A DNA stretch of 64,000 nucleotides from IMG/VR virus record IMGVR_UViG_3300023180_006024; one strand, 5' to 3'. The position numbers and the translations under genes are program-made. The notes below the pieces were generated by a model. That model was given only the letters and a program-made list of their open reading frames with translations, was not told the DNA's origin and searched no databases. The DNA comes from a virus. This document shows positions 22,201-30,704 of this stretch, piece by piece; within the stretch, counting starts at the first letter, position 1; every line of letters begins with the position of its first letter.

Positions 22201-25200
22201 AGTTTTACAAAATGTTGACACTGATTTAAAAGTGACAAGATTAGAAGTTGATAACGATAAGTTACAAGGCGTTCCTGGATATACAATAACTGTAGATACA
22301 TATAACCATAACATCAAAAAAGACGATGTGATTGGTGTATATGCAAGTGTACAAGAAGGCAGAGGCTTCTTTAAAGTAATAAATGTTGAAGGCAAATCGT
22401 TTACAGTTCAAACGGAAAAAGATGTTGATGTAGAACAGTTCAACGATAGTAGTATTCCTGGTATTTCGAGATTTATTGCAAAAAGATATGCAGATGTTGA
22501 TACCTGGAATACAGAGGCAAAAAACAAAAAAACTTATTGGCAGGATAAAGTTTGGTTAGATGCAGACGGCAACGGTGATTGGTCTGTTTACCAGCATAAC
22601 AAATCTTGGAGTTTACAAGAAGAAACAAACAATGAATATGAAACTGATGTAAACTTTTTAACATCTTTTGCAAGTAATGCAACAAATACACATCTTGCAG
22701 TAGGAACTTCACTATATCAAAATCCAAGCAGTCTTGGTGCTGTAAAGATTTGGAATAGAACAAATGAATCATTTACAAAAACAGACATTTATGATTTAAC
22801 ACCAGATGTAGATTATCATGATGACAATAGTGGATTTGGTTCTAGTATTGCAATAAGTGATGATGCAAAGTATATTGCAGTTGGTGCACCAACAGCCTCA
22901 AATGTTAAAACAAAGTTTGTAGGCGACCTTTATAGTTTAGACAGTGCAAATATTTTCTTTAATGACATTGTTGCAGACAGAGGGGTGCTGTGGAAAGCCA
23001 AAAAAAACATTAACGATATTGACTACAAAGTTGGACAAGATGGAAGTACTATTAACAGTTTAAGTCAAGACTTCGAACCTGCTTACATGATACCTGCAGA
23101 CGCAGACGGATTAGCAAGTGGATTAAATAGTCAAGGTTGTGTTTATATTTTTAAAAGAAGCGATTTACAATACTATGTTTTAGATCAAATAATCACAAGT
23201 CCAAACCCAGTTTCTGAAGAAGAGTTTGGATACAGTGTGCAGTTTAGAAACAATCCAGATACAGGATTAAAACTGTTTATTGGTGCACCAGGTGCAGACG
23301 CAGGAAAGATTTACTTTGTAGGATATGATGATATAAATGGATGGCAGTATACAACCAACAGAGACTACAAAGGCGAGTATAGTGCAACGTATGCATACAA
23401 CAAAGATGATATAGCATTATATGATTACAAGTTTTATAAAGCATTAGATAACTTGACACCTGGACAAGCAGATCCAACGGATGCAACCAAGTGGGAAGAG
23501 CTAAGTGAAAATGCAACTTATACAGAGCATACCGGGTATGTACCTAACTATGCAGAAAGTTTAAATGCAGCAAGTCAAGGTATATTTAATGCAGGTTCTC
23601 GTATAGGCGAAAAGTTTGATGTTAACAAACATGGTGATGTATTAGTATTTGCTGCTGTAAACACTGATAATACACCTGAAAGAAAAGTAGGAATATATGC
23701 AGCACCTAATCGACGTTGGCAATATATTCAAACAATAGAAATAGAAGACAGTACAAGTTTTGGAAAAAATATTGCTATTAATGATAACGGTGATAAAGTT
23801 GCTGTTAGTGCAATGCAATATGATGGTTCTACGACTGATACCGGTGCTGTCTATGTTTTCAAAAAAACAGGCACTGGTTTGCAGGCATTTGCACTCGATC
23901 AACTTGTAGAAAATCCGTATTCGGGTAAAGACAAGCTATTTGGTCAAAACATGAAATTTAGCGGAAACAAACTAGCTGTTTCTGGTAAAAATATTGACAA
24001 CAGATATCAAACTATTTTTGATAATGACACAACTATTTTTGATGCAGGAAATACTGCTTTTGGATATTTAGAAGACAGCACCGGAGGCATAGTTGTATTT
24101 GAAGAAATAGCAAACAAGTTTGTGTATTCTGAAACTCTTGAATATTTAAGAGAAACTAGCAACTTTAACTTTGATTATTTTGACTTTGTAGATAATCATA
24201 TTTACGTTGCATTTGAAAATATGGTTCCTGCACTAGAAGGCGAAAGAATTGATACAGATACATATCCCGAATACTTAGATAGTACAAATGTAAACAAAGG
24301 TGTTATCGCTGATTTTAGAATCGCAAAAAACACAAACACATGGAATACACTAGTACAGCAAAGTGAAAAGATTGATATTTCAAATATTAATCGTGTGTTT
24401 ATATACGATAAGAAAACCAAAGATATTATAACTAACTTAGATTTTGTGGATCCTCGTTTAGGAAAAATACCTGGACCTGCAGAGCAAGAAATTTATTATA
24501 AAACTTTCTATGACCCAGCAGTCTACACAACTAGTGATAATGTCAGCACAATCGTTGACAGTGGTATTAACTGGACAGATGAACAGGTAGGTAGATTATG
24601 GTGGAATGTAAGTAAAGCATCGTGGTATAATCCTTACCAAGATTCGAACACATACAGGACTGCTTATTTCAATAAGTTATTACCAAGCTCTGAAGTAGAA
24701 GTTTGTGAATGGGTAGGAACAACATTAACACCAAGTGAATGGAACGAGATTGCCAACACTGCTCAAGGGTTTGCAAAAGGTATAACTGGGACTACACTTT
24801 ATGATGACAACACATTTAGCAGTAAGCCTGTTTTTGATGAAGTTAAACAATCATTTACAAACTACTATTACTACTGGGTAAAAAATACTTTGACTGTTCC
24901 GGAAAATGGAATAAGAAAACTAAGTGCAGACGATGTTGCAAAAGTTATTAGTGCGCCACAGGACTATGGTTATAGATTTATTACACCACTGAGCACTTCT
25001 AGTTTTGCACTGTACAACGTTGCATCTTTTGTAAATGGCAAAGATTCCATTTTGCATATTAGCTTTACTAAAGATCAAGATAATAAAAATAATATTCATT
25101 ACGAATATCAGTTGTTAAGCGAAGGATTTGCTACAACTAAACTAGATTCGGAAATAGAACGAAAGTGGGTTGATAGTTTAGTAGGATATGACGAAAATGT

Positions 25201-28200
25201 TAGACCTGTACCAGATCCAAGTGTTCCTAGTGTACAACAAATAGGAGTTTTAAACTTCCCTAGACAAAGCATGTTTATTAATAGACTTGAAGCTGTAAAA
25301 CAGTTTGTTGAAAGAGTGAACAGCGTGTTTATTCAAAATCCTATTGTTGATAACTTTGTGATCGATAAACTTTTAGAAAAAGACGAAGTACCACTTGCAA
25401 GTTCAGGGCAGTTTGATACAACTGCTGATTCTACAAGTTTATTAAGATTTGTTGAAGTTGCTAAAGTTGTAAGTGCAGAGATTGAGCCTGTTATTGACAA
25501 CGGTAGAATAACTGGAGCAAACATTATTAATCCTGGCAGAGGATATAAAAATGCACCTGTTATAAAAATAAACAGCGACACAGGATATAATGCAAGTATT
25601 AAAACAGTTATTGATAGTGTTGGTAAAGTTGTAGATGTTACTATTTTAGCCCAAGGGTTTGATTACGGAGCAGATACAAATTTTGTGGTTAGAGATTTTT
25701 CTGTATTGATAGAAAATGATGAAACAATCGGCGGAAGATGGGCTATTTACAGCTATCAAAACAAAGAGTGGATTAGAACAAATAACCAAAACTTTGATAC
25801 TACAAAATACTGGGATTATGCAGATTGGTATGCATCCGGGTACGATTCGAATACAGCTATAAACCATATTGCAAGTTATACATATAACTTGTTTGGCTTA
25901 TCAACAAATATTGGTGATATTGTTAAAATAGAAAATGTAGGTTCTGGAGGCTGGTTATTATTGAAAAAAATAGATGACCAGTTAGTAGAAGACTACACTG
26001 TAAACTATGAAACTATCGGACGTGAAAACGGAACAATACTTTTGAGCACAAGATTATATGATTATAGTTTCAAAACCAGTGGATATGATGCAAATATTTA
26101 CGATAGTGGTTTCTATGATAGAGAACCTGTACAAGAACTACGTAACATTCTGTCTGCTTTAAAAGAAGATATTTTTGTTGCAAACTTATATAATGAATAC
26201 AATAAATGTTTCTTTGCATCATTGAGATATGTATTTGCAGAACAGTCGAATGTTGATTGGGCATTTAAAACAAGTTTTGTAAAAGCCAAGCACAATGTGT
26301 CAGGGTTAGATCAAAAACTAAGTTATCAAAATGATAACCTTGAAAGTTATCAAGATTATGTTAACGAAGTAAAACCATACAAAACAAAAATAAGAGAGTA
26401 TGTTAGTGCATATGAAAAGGTTGATCCAACTGGTTCACTAGTAACTGACTTTGATTTACCACCAAATCACAACGAAGTAACAAAAGAAATACAAACCAGT
26501 GATGCTGTAATGCGAAATAATAGCATTGAAAATATTGATAACAAGTACCAATCATATCCTTACAAGAGTTGGATTGATAATAATCAATATGATGTGATTA
26601 GTATTGAAGTTGCAAATGGCGGTAGTGGTTATTTGTCAACACCAAAAGTTATAGTTAGTGGAGATAATGGTACAACAGCCGAAGCCTTCTTGTCAAGAGG
26701 AAGTGTAAAAGAAATACAGATTACAAACAAAGGCGGAAAATATTATACTGCACCAACAGTTACTATAGAAGGTAATCTAGCAGATGACGGCGTTGCAGCA
26801 ACAGCAAGTGCTATATTAGGCAATCCTAATGTACGTAGTACTCATATGGTTATGAAGTTTGATAGGGTATCTGGAAAAACTTATATTGCTGATATAGACA
26901 CCACTGAAACATTTACAGGTACAGGTGCAAAAAACAAGTTTACTCTAGAATGGCCTATGAATGTTAACAATGAAACATTTGAAGTATTTGTTGATGATAA
27001 AAAACTATTATCAAGTGAATTTACATATGGAAATGATGTAAACAGTGATAAAAGTTATAAAAGAAAACAAGGATATATCAATATTCTAAACGCTCCTAGT
27101 ATAGATGCAGCAGTTGTAATCAAATACAAAAAAGATATTTCTATGTTAAGTGCGGCAGATAGAATTACACAATATTATTCACCAACAACAGGTATGCTAG
27201 GAAAAGACTTAGCACAGTTAATGACTGGTGTTGAATATGATGGTGCAATATATGACAGCATTGACTTTGGTACCGATGCTGGTTTTGATATTGGTGGATT
27301 TGCAGGCACAGGATTTGACACATTTGTAAACACATTTGAAGATGAAATATTTGAAATAACATCTGACAGTACTTTTGAAGAAACCTTTGTGTTATCTAAG
27401 CCTTTGGAGACTGGTTATCAGTACAATGTTTTTGTAAAAGTAGCAGGTGAAACACAGTCGGATGATTGGAAGATATATAGACTAGATGATCCAGCATATG
27501 ATGGCAGTACTGTTGCAGACAACGAATATGCTCAAATGTTGACATTGGAAGGTGACGATAGCACAGCAAGTGTAACAGTTGACTTAACAGATATTAGCAC
27601 TGCACCAGGTGATAAAGTTATTGTCAGCAAAAGCACAAGTGATGGCAGCTTTACACCTGTTGCTACAACATATGATACTGCACTTAGCGGCGGAGATTTG
27701 TCGTATACTACTGCAACTGGAATCGAAGCAGGCGATATTACAGTCGACGGCGACGGGTTCTATACACAAAATACTGCAAAAGGTCCTGAAGAAATGGTGC
27801 CTGGAAAAGTTCTTGACACACTTGACATACAGGTATACACTAGAGCCAGTGATGGTGTTGCAAATATTGCTGTCGCTACATATAAAATACAAAACGACAG
27901 CACTGACGAATACAAACTACCTGGATTGCCGCAATCAAATGATGGTGTTATTGTTAAACTAGATGATGTAATATTACCAAGTGAAAGGTATTCGATTGAT
28001 TGGAACAATAATGTTTTATTATTTGATGATAGTACGAGCAACGTAGGAGAGACGCTTGCAATCATCACTTACGGAACGAATGGTACAGGATTAATAGATA
28101 CAGCAACTACAATATTTGATGGTAGTACAACAGGTATTGTTACTTCTGTATCGTGGGATAATGATCGCGGTGCACTAGTTACAGTAAATGGTGTAGTTCA

Positions 28201-30067
28201 AGTTGAAAACGATGCGTACAATCTTATTGAAAGTGATAATCGTGTAAAAATACAGTTTGAACCAGAAGTGTTAACAGAAGGCGATCATATTCAGTACACA
28301 ATTTACAACAGTAAATCTCAAACCTATAGTCAGATTGTTATTGATAATACTTTTGAATCTGATGGAGAAAATGATTATCACAAGTTTACAGGAGATATTC
28401 CTGTACCATTTAATGCACAGCCATTCTCTCATAGATTACTTGTAAAATCAAATAACAAAATTTTAAACCCAGGTTATAGTGTTAATATTAAAATCACTGA
28501 TGCACGTTCGTATAGCTTAGATGCTTGGAACTTTGCAGACACCACTGCTATTGAGCAACAAGACGTATTGGTTTTTGAAGGAATGACTCAACTTGCTGAT
28601 GATGCATGGAGTTATGATCCAGTAAACTGTAAGATTGATTTGTTAAGAACTGACGTTGCACTAGAAGGATCGACAATCAGTGTATTTGTTATTAAAGAAG
28701 CAGAATATTTCTTTGTAGATACTGAAGTACAGTTTGAAAGCATAGACAGTAGTGTTTTAGACATGACCGAGTTTGTAGAGACAGGCGATACATTAACTCT
28801 GCTTGCAGCAGACAGCACTGAATACACCGGACTTGTTGAAAAGATAGTGGATAACTGTATTACTTTAAGATCGATACAAAAAGATATTAAAGATGCATTC
28901 CAAACCGATAACGAGTTTATTGTAAGTGTAGCTGGAGAAGACAGTACTCAAGTAATGGTTTCAGGTGTTGAATACATACTAAGTGATAACTTGTCATTTG
29001 CTACACCACCAAGTAGCGGTGAAGAAATAGAAATATATCAGTTTAGTAATCACGATGTCAATAACTTTAATAGATATACATACAATGTGACCTCAACTAC
29101 TGTGAATGCAGCAAGCGACACATACATAAGAAGAAACTTGCTAAGTGCAGGAGTTGTTCAGTTAACAGATCCTATTATTGGTACACCTTATGCATGGGTA
29201 ATCAAAAATGGAACGTTGTTAACACCTGGTGTTGACTATATTGTTAATGACGATTATAAAGCAGTAAGATTAAAAGATATACCTAACGAAGACGATGTCA
29301 TTGACATTTTACAGTTTGGTGCACAGCCTGTTCATCCGAAGTTTGGATTTAGAATATTTAGAGACATGTTGGGTAGAACTCATTATAAACGTTTGAATGA
29401 AGGCAATAGTTACATTCTACAAAGTCCTTTAAACTATTATGATAACACAATATATCTAGAAAGTGTTGAAGGACTTTATAAACCAAACAGAACTAAAAAC
29501 TTACCTGGTGTGTTGTTTATACAAGGTGAACGCATTGAATACTTTGAAATAAAAAATAACACTGTTACACAACTGCGTAGAGGAACACTAGGCACTGGTG
29601 TGAAAGATGTGTACGAAGAAGGCACCAAGTTGTATGGACAAGCATCAAATGAAACTATCGATTATCAAGATACAACAACAATACAAACTATAAAAGCAGT
29701 AGCAGTAGATAGCACTCAGTTTGTGTTAAATCGAATAGTTTCAAATATTAATGAAATAGATGTTTATGTAGCAGGCAGAAAACTTATAAAAAACCAGATA
29801 TCAGTGTTTAATCCAACATTAGCACTAGATAGTAGTGAAGGTGATACAACAGTTGAAGCTGAGTTTAGTTTAGAAACTAGAATAAGCAGTGATGGAAGTA
29901 CACAAGAAACTGTGCTACTATTAAGAGACGAACCAGTAGAAGGAACAGAAATAAAAATCGTAAGTCAAACCGGAAAAGTTTGGAACGATACAGGAAAGAG
30001 TTTAGGAGATTCGGACAATCCAATATCTAAATTCTTGCGTAGAGCAACTATTAGCTTACCTAAATAA
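16292..30067 (+). CDS. giant (4591 aa) virion structural protein, gp7-like position, with CBM-like and FG-GAP propeller modules
   Basis: Single uninterrupted ORF after gp6; W..(5)Y..G..V.(Y/F)...YY modules, FGSSIAIS...VGAP repeats, G.GY...P.V.I repeats, LRRGTLGT near the C-terminus. Confidence 0.8.
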   Translation: MAYEKNQNESPIPTDENFTRTASEFLPKYFRTDTNKKFLQSSIDQMISSGTLEKLNSFAGRRYARATKVDDAFYPDVTETRENYQFETSTVIKDTLDNVTFFGDYIDYLGALKYYGVDTTNHNILNKQQSYSLDSHIDWDKFTNFREYYWLPLGPKRITVVGQSKSVQSTYKITTSNQDDNTTYVFTPNGFTNNPTITLYKEQTYRFEINAPGHGFAFTYNRNVEDLNPTNEIEQNNLSRIYTKGIKKFVYDSEGKLAETDLDYIENGVIEWTVPVDVPEDLYYISETDINTSGIVLSKDITENSEINVEEEILGKKTYTTSNGIKLSNGMKVRFAGSVTPEQYADGEWFIEGVGDSIRIINQQDLEVPAVFTDEIEVPFDTFNFDDVPFENADSYPAVQDYIVINRGSADRNPWSRYNRWFHRDVIIASAEANNADPELDEVSRGKRPIIEFDAGLKLWNHGNKTKQNINLVDTFTTDVFSTIEGSLGYSIDGVEVTNGMRVMFTADPDSFVNGKIYIVNFIEHNGRTQISLVPSTDSDPAEGDTVLVTGGTEYKGKMFFYDGDKWNLSQEKTKVNQAPLFDLFDKNETNLNDTVYYPTSSFRGNKVFSYAQGTGANDSILGFPLKYRNINNIGDIVFDFNLLSETISYQDELQNDFTVNSDVLFLKKYNYTGDTFEYKNAWTKSSAQTIQPVILQYNNMLNNFPIDCFNNAGNLDDLFIKLFVNGTKRNDYTITKRNGLAFVTLDTDLESAELVVVKCYSNAPKNNNGVYEIPLNYERNPLNENITTFTLGEVNDHVKTITDFHPEFAGDALGVNNLRDLGPLSPYGRLLMQHEGPLNLPLFHLVSKQYNAVKGLDVARKSYNTFIRSFLREAEKNAFSGSVKEHVDFILQEINKDKSPTQNFYTSDMVPFGGYTVEQHDIDFNGPTYIALKKTFTLDSLSNKAVLVYRNDVQLVHNKDYTFSDGFVYISIDLVQNDVIKIFEYENTNGSFVAPTPVKLGLLPAYEPEKYIDNTYLESKTVIQGHDGSITVGYDDYRDDLLLELEKRIYNNIKVKYDADILNVYDFIPGYDRTTNFSKNDIDALMLGGFSEWLSFANNFDYTKNNTIEGNGFTYNYSSTNDFADKTLKGSWRNVYKTYYDTDRPHTHPWEMLGFTVKPTWWNEVYGPAPYTGDNFVLWQDLEKGIVREPNKPIVVKDKFKRTNLTKHIPTDQYGRLLDPTASGLAKGTLLKTVKNPFVYGDQSPAETAWRRSSDFRFSLLRAWMLLSPAKVFGLGFDRSRITKDIVGNIVWSDTQKRVKLQDIVVPMIKSDMQYLTAGIINYVTANISTRIDTKLSDYKDELAKIKNQLSIRLGGFADKDKIKLVLDSRSPLNKTSVFVPDENYKIFLNKSSVQDIPSISGMIIEQLKNADGESTGFTIRGYDIENPVFNYYPHIPQFNDPGITVGGISESYVNWGTDQLYTKGTVVFYSGRYYRASITHTSGNSFDNENFVGLSKLPEVGGIGAQIRKVFDYSNPQKIYYGAYFSSVQEVVDFMCGYEAYLKQQGFIFNNVSDAGVLEDMTLCIKEFLFFNTQNWDQGAVISTSPVANKLTFFRDYFGVDDIYEPFYNYNLLGGNGQKIEPAFVNLFRDNTDFNVQSLGEGVYLAKLPLIQTEHVILIDNETVFNDVIYDTIPGYKQERIKVVGYRTDFWDGTLNVPGFFYDEAKVVEWTPNTDYTVGDLVKFKQFYYSNVTGHTSGETFDSSQWTLLSSRPQDQLFPNWDYKAKQFADFYDLDTDNFDAEQQRLGQHLIGYQKRDYLNNIITDATSQYKFYQGFIQDKGTKNALTKLFDPLSSANADSIEFFEEWALRLGQYGAIDNIEEVEYVLDDKKFKTEPQIVELVQNKTPARTDLTFEIADFEVYAKPLGYNHKPFTVRNDNEIYTRDAGYVRDKDVDYSVASYDDLAKLDIESVKIGDNIWVQKIKQSWTVLQNVDTDLKVTRLEVDNDKLQGVPGYTITVDTYNHNIKKDDVIGVYASVQEGRGFFKVINVEGKSFTVQTEKDVDVEQFNDSSIPGISRFIAKRYADVDTWNTEAKNKKTYWQDKVWLDADGNGDWSVYQHNKSWSLQEETNNEYETDVNFLTSFASNATNTHLAVGTSLYQNPSSLGAVKIWNRTNESFTKTDIYDLTPDVDYHDDNSGFGSSIAISDDAKYIAVGAPTASNVKTKFVGDLYSLDSANIFFNDIVADRGVLWKAKKNINDIDYKVGQDGSTINSLSQDFEPAYMIPADADGLASGLNSQGCVYIFKRSDLQYYVLDQIITSPNPVSEEEFGYSVQFRNNPDTGLKLFIGAPGADAGKIYFVGYDDINGWQYTTNRDYKGEYSATYAYNKDDIALYDYKFYKALDNLTPGQADPTDATKWEELSENATYTEHTGYVPNYAESLNAASQGIFNAGSRIGEKFDVNKHGDVLVFAAVNTDNTPERKVGIYAAPNRRWQYIQTIEIEDSTSFGKNIAINDNGDKVAVSAMQYDGSTTDTGAVYVFKKTGTGLQAFALDQLVENPYSGKDKLFGQNMKFSGNKLAVSGKNIDNRYQTIFDNDTTIFDAGNTAFGYLEDSTGGIVVFEEIANKFVYSETLEYLRETSNFNFDYFDFVDNHIYVAFENMVPALEGERIDTDTYPEYLDSTNVNKGVIADFRIAKNTNTWNTLVQQSEKIDISNINRVFIYDKKTKDIITNLDFVDPRLGKIPGPAEQEIYYKTFYDPAVYTTSDNVSTIVDSGINWTDEQVGRLWWNVSKASWYNPYQDSNTYRTAYFNKLLPSSEVEVCEWVGTTLTPSEWNEIANTAQGFAKGITGTTLYDDNTFSSKPVFDEVKQSFTNYYYYWVKNTLTVPENGIRKLSADDVAKVISAPQDYGYRFITPLSTSSFALYNVASFVNGKDSILHISFTKDQDNKNNIHYEYQLLSEGFATTKLDSEIERKWVDSLVGYDENVRPVPDPSVPSVQQIGVLNFPRQSMFINRLEAVKQFVERVNSVFIQNPIVDNFVIDKLLEKDEVPLASSGQFDTTADSTSLLRFVEVAKVVSAEIEPVIDNGRITGANIINPGRGYKNAPVIKINSDTGYNASIKTVIDSVGKVVDVTILAQGFDYGADTNFVVRDFSVLIENDETIGGRWAIYSYQNKEWIRTNNQNFDTTKYWDYADWYASGYDSNTAINHIASYTYNLFGLSTNIGDIVKIENVGSGGWLLLKKIDDQLVEDYTVNYETIGRENGTILLSTRLYDYSFKTSGYDANIYDSGFYDREPVQELRNILSALKEDIFVANLYNEYNKCFFASLRYVFAEQSNVDWAFKTSFVKAKHNVSGLDQKLSYQNDNLESYQDYVNEVKPYKTKIREYVSAYEKVDPTGSLVTDFDLPPNHNEVTKEIQTSDAVMRNNSIENIDNKYQSYPYKSWIDNNQYDVISIEVANGGSGYLSTPKVIVSGDNGTTAEAFLSRGSVKEIQITNKGGKYYTAPTVTIEGNLADDGVAATASAILGNPNVRSTHMVMKFDRVSGKTYIADIDTTETFTGTGAKNKFTLEWPMNVNNETFEVFVDDKKLLSSEFTYGNDVNSDKSYKRKQGYINILNAPSIDAAVVIKYKKDISMLSAADRITQYYSPTTGMLGKDLAQLMTGVEYDGAIYDSIDFGTDAGFDIGGFAGTGFDTFVNTFEDEIFEITSDSTFEETFVLSKPLETGYQYNVFVKVAGETQSDDWKIYRLDDPAYDGSTVADNEYAQMLTLEGDDSTASVTVDLTDISTAPGDKVIVSKSTSDGSFTPVATTYDTALSGGDLSYTTATGIEAGDITVDGDGFYTQNTAKGPEEMVPGKVLDTLDIQVYTRASDGVANIAVATYKIQNDSTDEYKLPGLPQSNDGVIVKLDDVILPSERYSIDWNNNVLLFDDSTSNVGETLAIITYGTNGTGLIDTATTIFDGSTTGIVTSVSWDNDRGALVTVNGVVQVENDAYNLIESDNRVKIQFEPEVLTEGDHIQYTIYNSKSQTYSQIVIDNTFESDGENDYHKFTGDIPVPFNAQPFSHRLLVKSNNKILNPGYSVNIKITDARSYSLDAWNFADTTAIEQQDVLVFEGMTQLADDAWSYDPVNCKIDLLRTDVALEGSTISVFVIKEAEYFFVDTEVQFESIDSSVLDMTEFVETGDTLTLLAADSTEYTGLVEKIVDNCITLRSIQKDIKDAFQTDNEFIVSVAGEDSTQVMVSGVEYILSDNLSFATPPSSGEEIEIYQFSNHDVNNFNRYTYNVTSTTVNAASDTYIRRNLLSAGVVQLTDPIIGTPYAWVIKNGTLLTPGVDYIVNDDYKAVRLKDIPNEDDVIDILQFGAQPVHPKFGFRIFRDMLGRTHYKRLNEGNSYILQSPLNYYDNTIYLESVEGLYKPNRTKNLPGVLFIQGERIEYFEIKNNTVTQLRRGTLGTGVKDVYEEGTKLYGQASNETIDYQDTTTIQTIKAVAVDSTQFVLNRIVSNINEIDVYVAGRKLIKNQISVFNPTLALDSSEGDTTVEAEFSLETRISSDGSTQETVLLLRDEPVEGTEIKIVSQTGKVWNDTGKSLGDSDNPISKFLRRATISLPK

Positions 30068-30070
30068 ATA
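30064..30070 (+). promoter_or_regulatory. late promoter (ATAAATA) overlapping the giant-gene stop
   Basis: TAAATAAATA at 30061-30070, 19 nt before ATG 30090. Confidence 0.55.
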
Positions 30071-30089
30071 CAGTATAAGGTACAAACAG

Positions 30090-30701
30090 ATGAATGATTT
30101 AAAAGATATTAACGGCATACATGTTGAAGGACACATAAAAATACATGATCCAGAATCAGGCGATGTATATGTGAATAAAAGAAATGCTATTCACTACGAA
30201 AACATGAGTATAGCCTTAGCAGAAAGTCTAGCCAATCAAGGACAAGGCTTTATCAATAGTATGAGTTTTGGCAATGGCGGTACTAGTGTTGATCCAACAG
30301 GTATTATTACATATCTAACTCCTAATAGCACCGGAACAAATGCAACTTTATATAATCAAACATTTGACAAAGTTGTTGATGATAGAAGTGTAAACAATGT
30401 TGATCCAACTAGAAACAAAACCGAAATAAGACATGTTAGCGGAACCAACTATACTGATATTTTAGTCACATGTCTTTTAGATTATGGTGAGCCAGAAGGA
30501 CAGGACGCATTTGATACATCAGCAAATCAAGATGGTATATATGTGTTTGACGAGTTAGGATTAAAAAGTTATAGCTCTAGTGGCACAGGCAGATTGATTA
30601 CTCATGTCATCTTCCACCCAGTACAAAAAAGTTTAAACAGACTGATACAAATCGATTATACTGTGCGTGTACAAAGTTTGAGTGGATTTAACGAGGGGTA
30701 A
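30090..30701 (+). CDS. virion structural/baseplate protein
   Basis: 203 aa; GHIKI.D...NAI...FDELGL...LITHVIFHPVQKS.NR...I.YT; lies in the structural operon. Confidence 0.6.
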   Translation: MNDLKDINGIHVEGHIKIHDPESGDVYVNKRNAIHYENMSIALAESLANQGQGFINSMSFGNGGTSVDPTGIITYLTPNSTGTNATLYNQTFDKVVDDRSVNNVDPTRNKTEIRHVSGTNYTDILVTCLLDYGEPEGQDAFDTSANQDGIYVFDELGLKSYSSSGTGRLITHVIFHPVQKSLNRLIQIDYTVRVQSLSGFNEG

Positions 30702-30704
30702 AAA

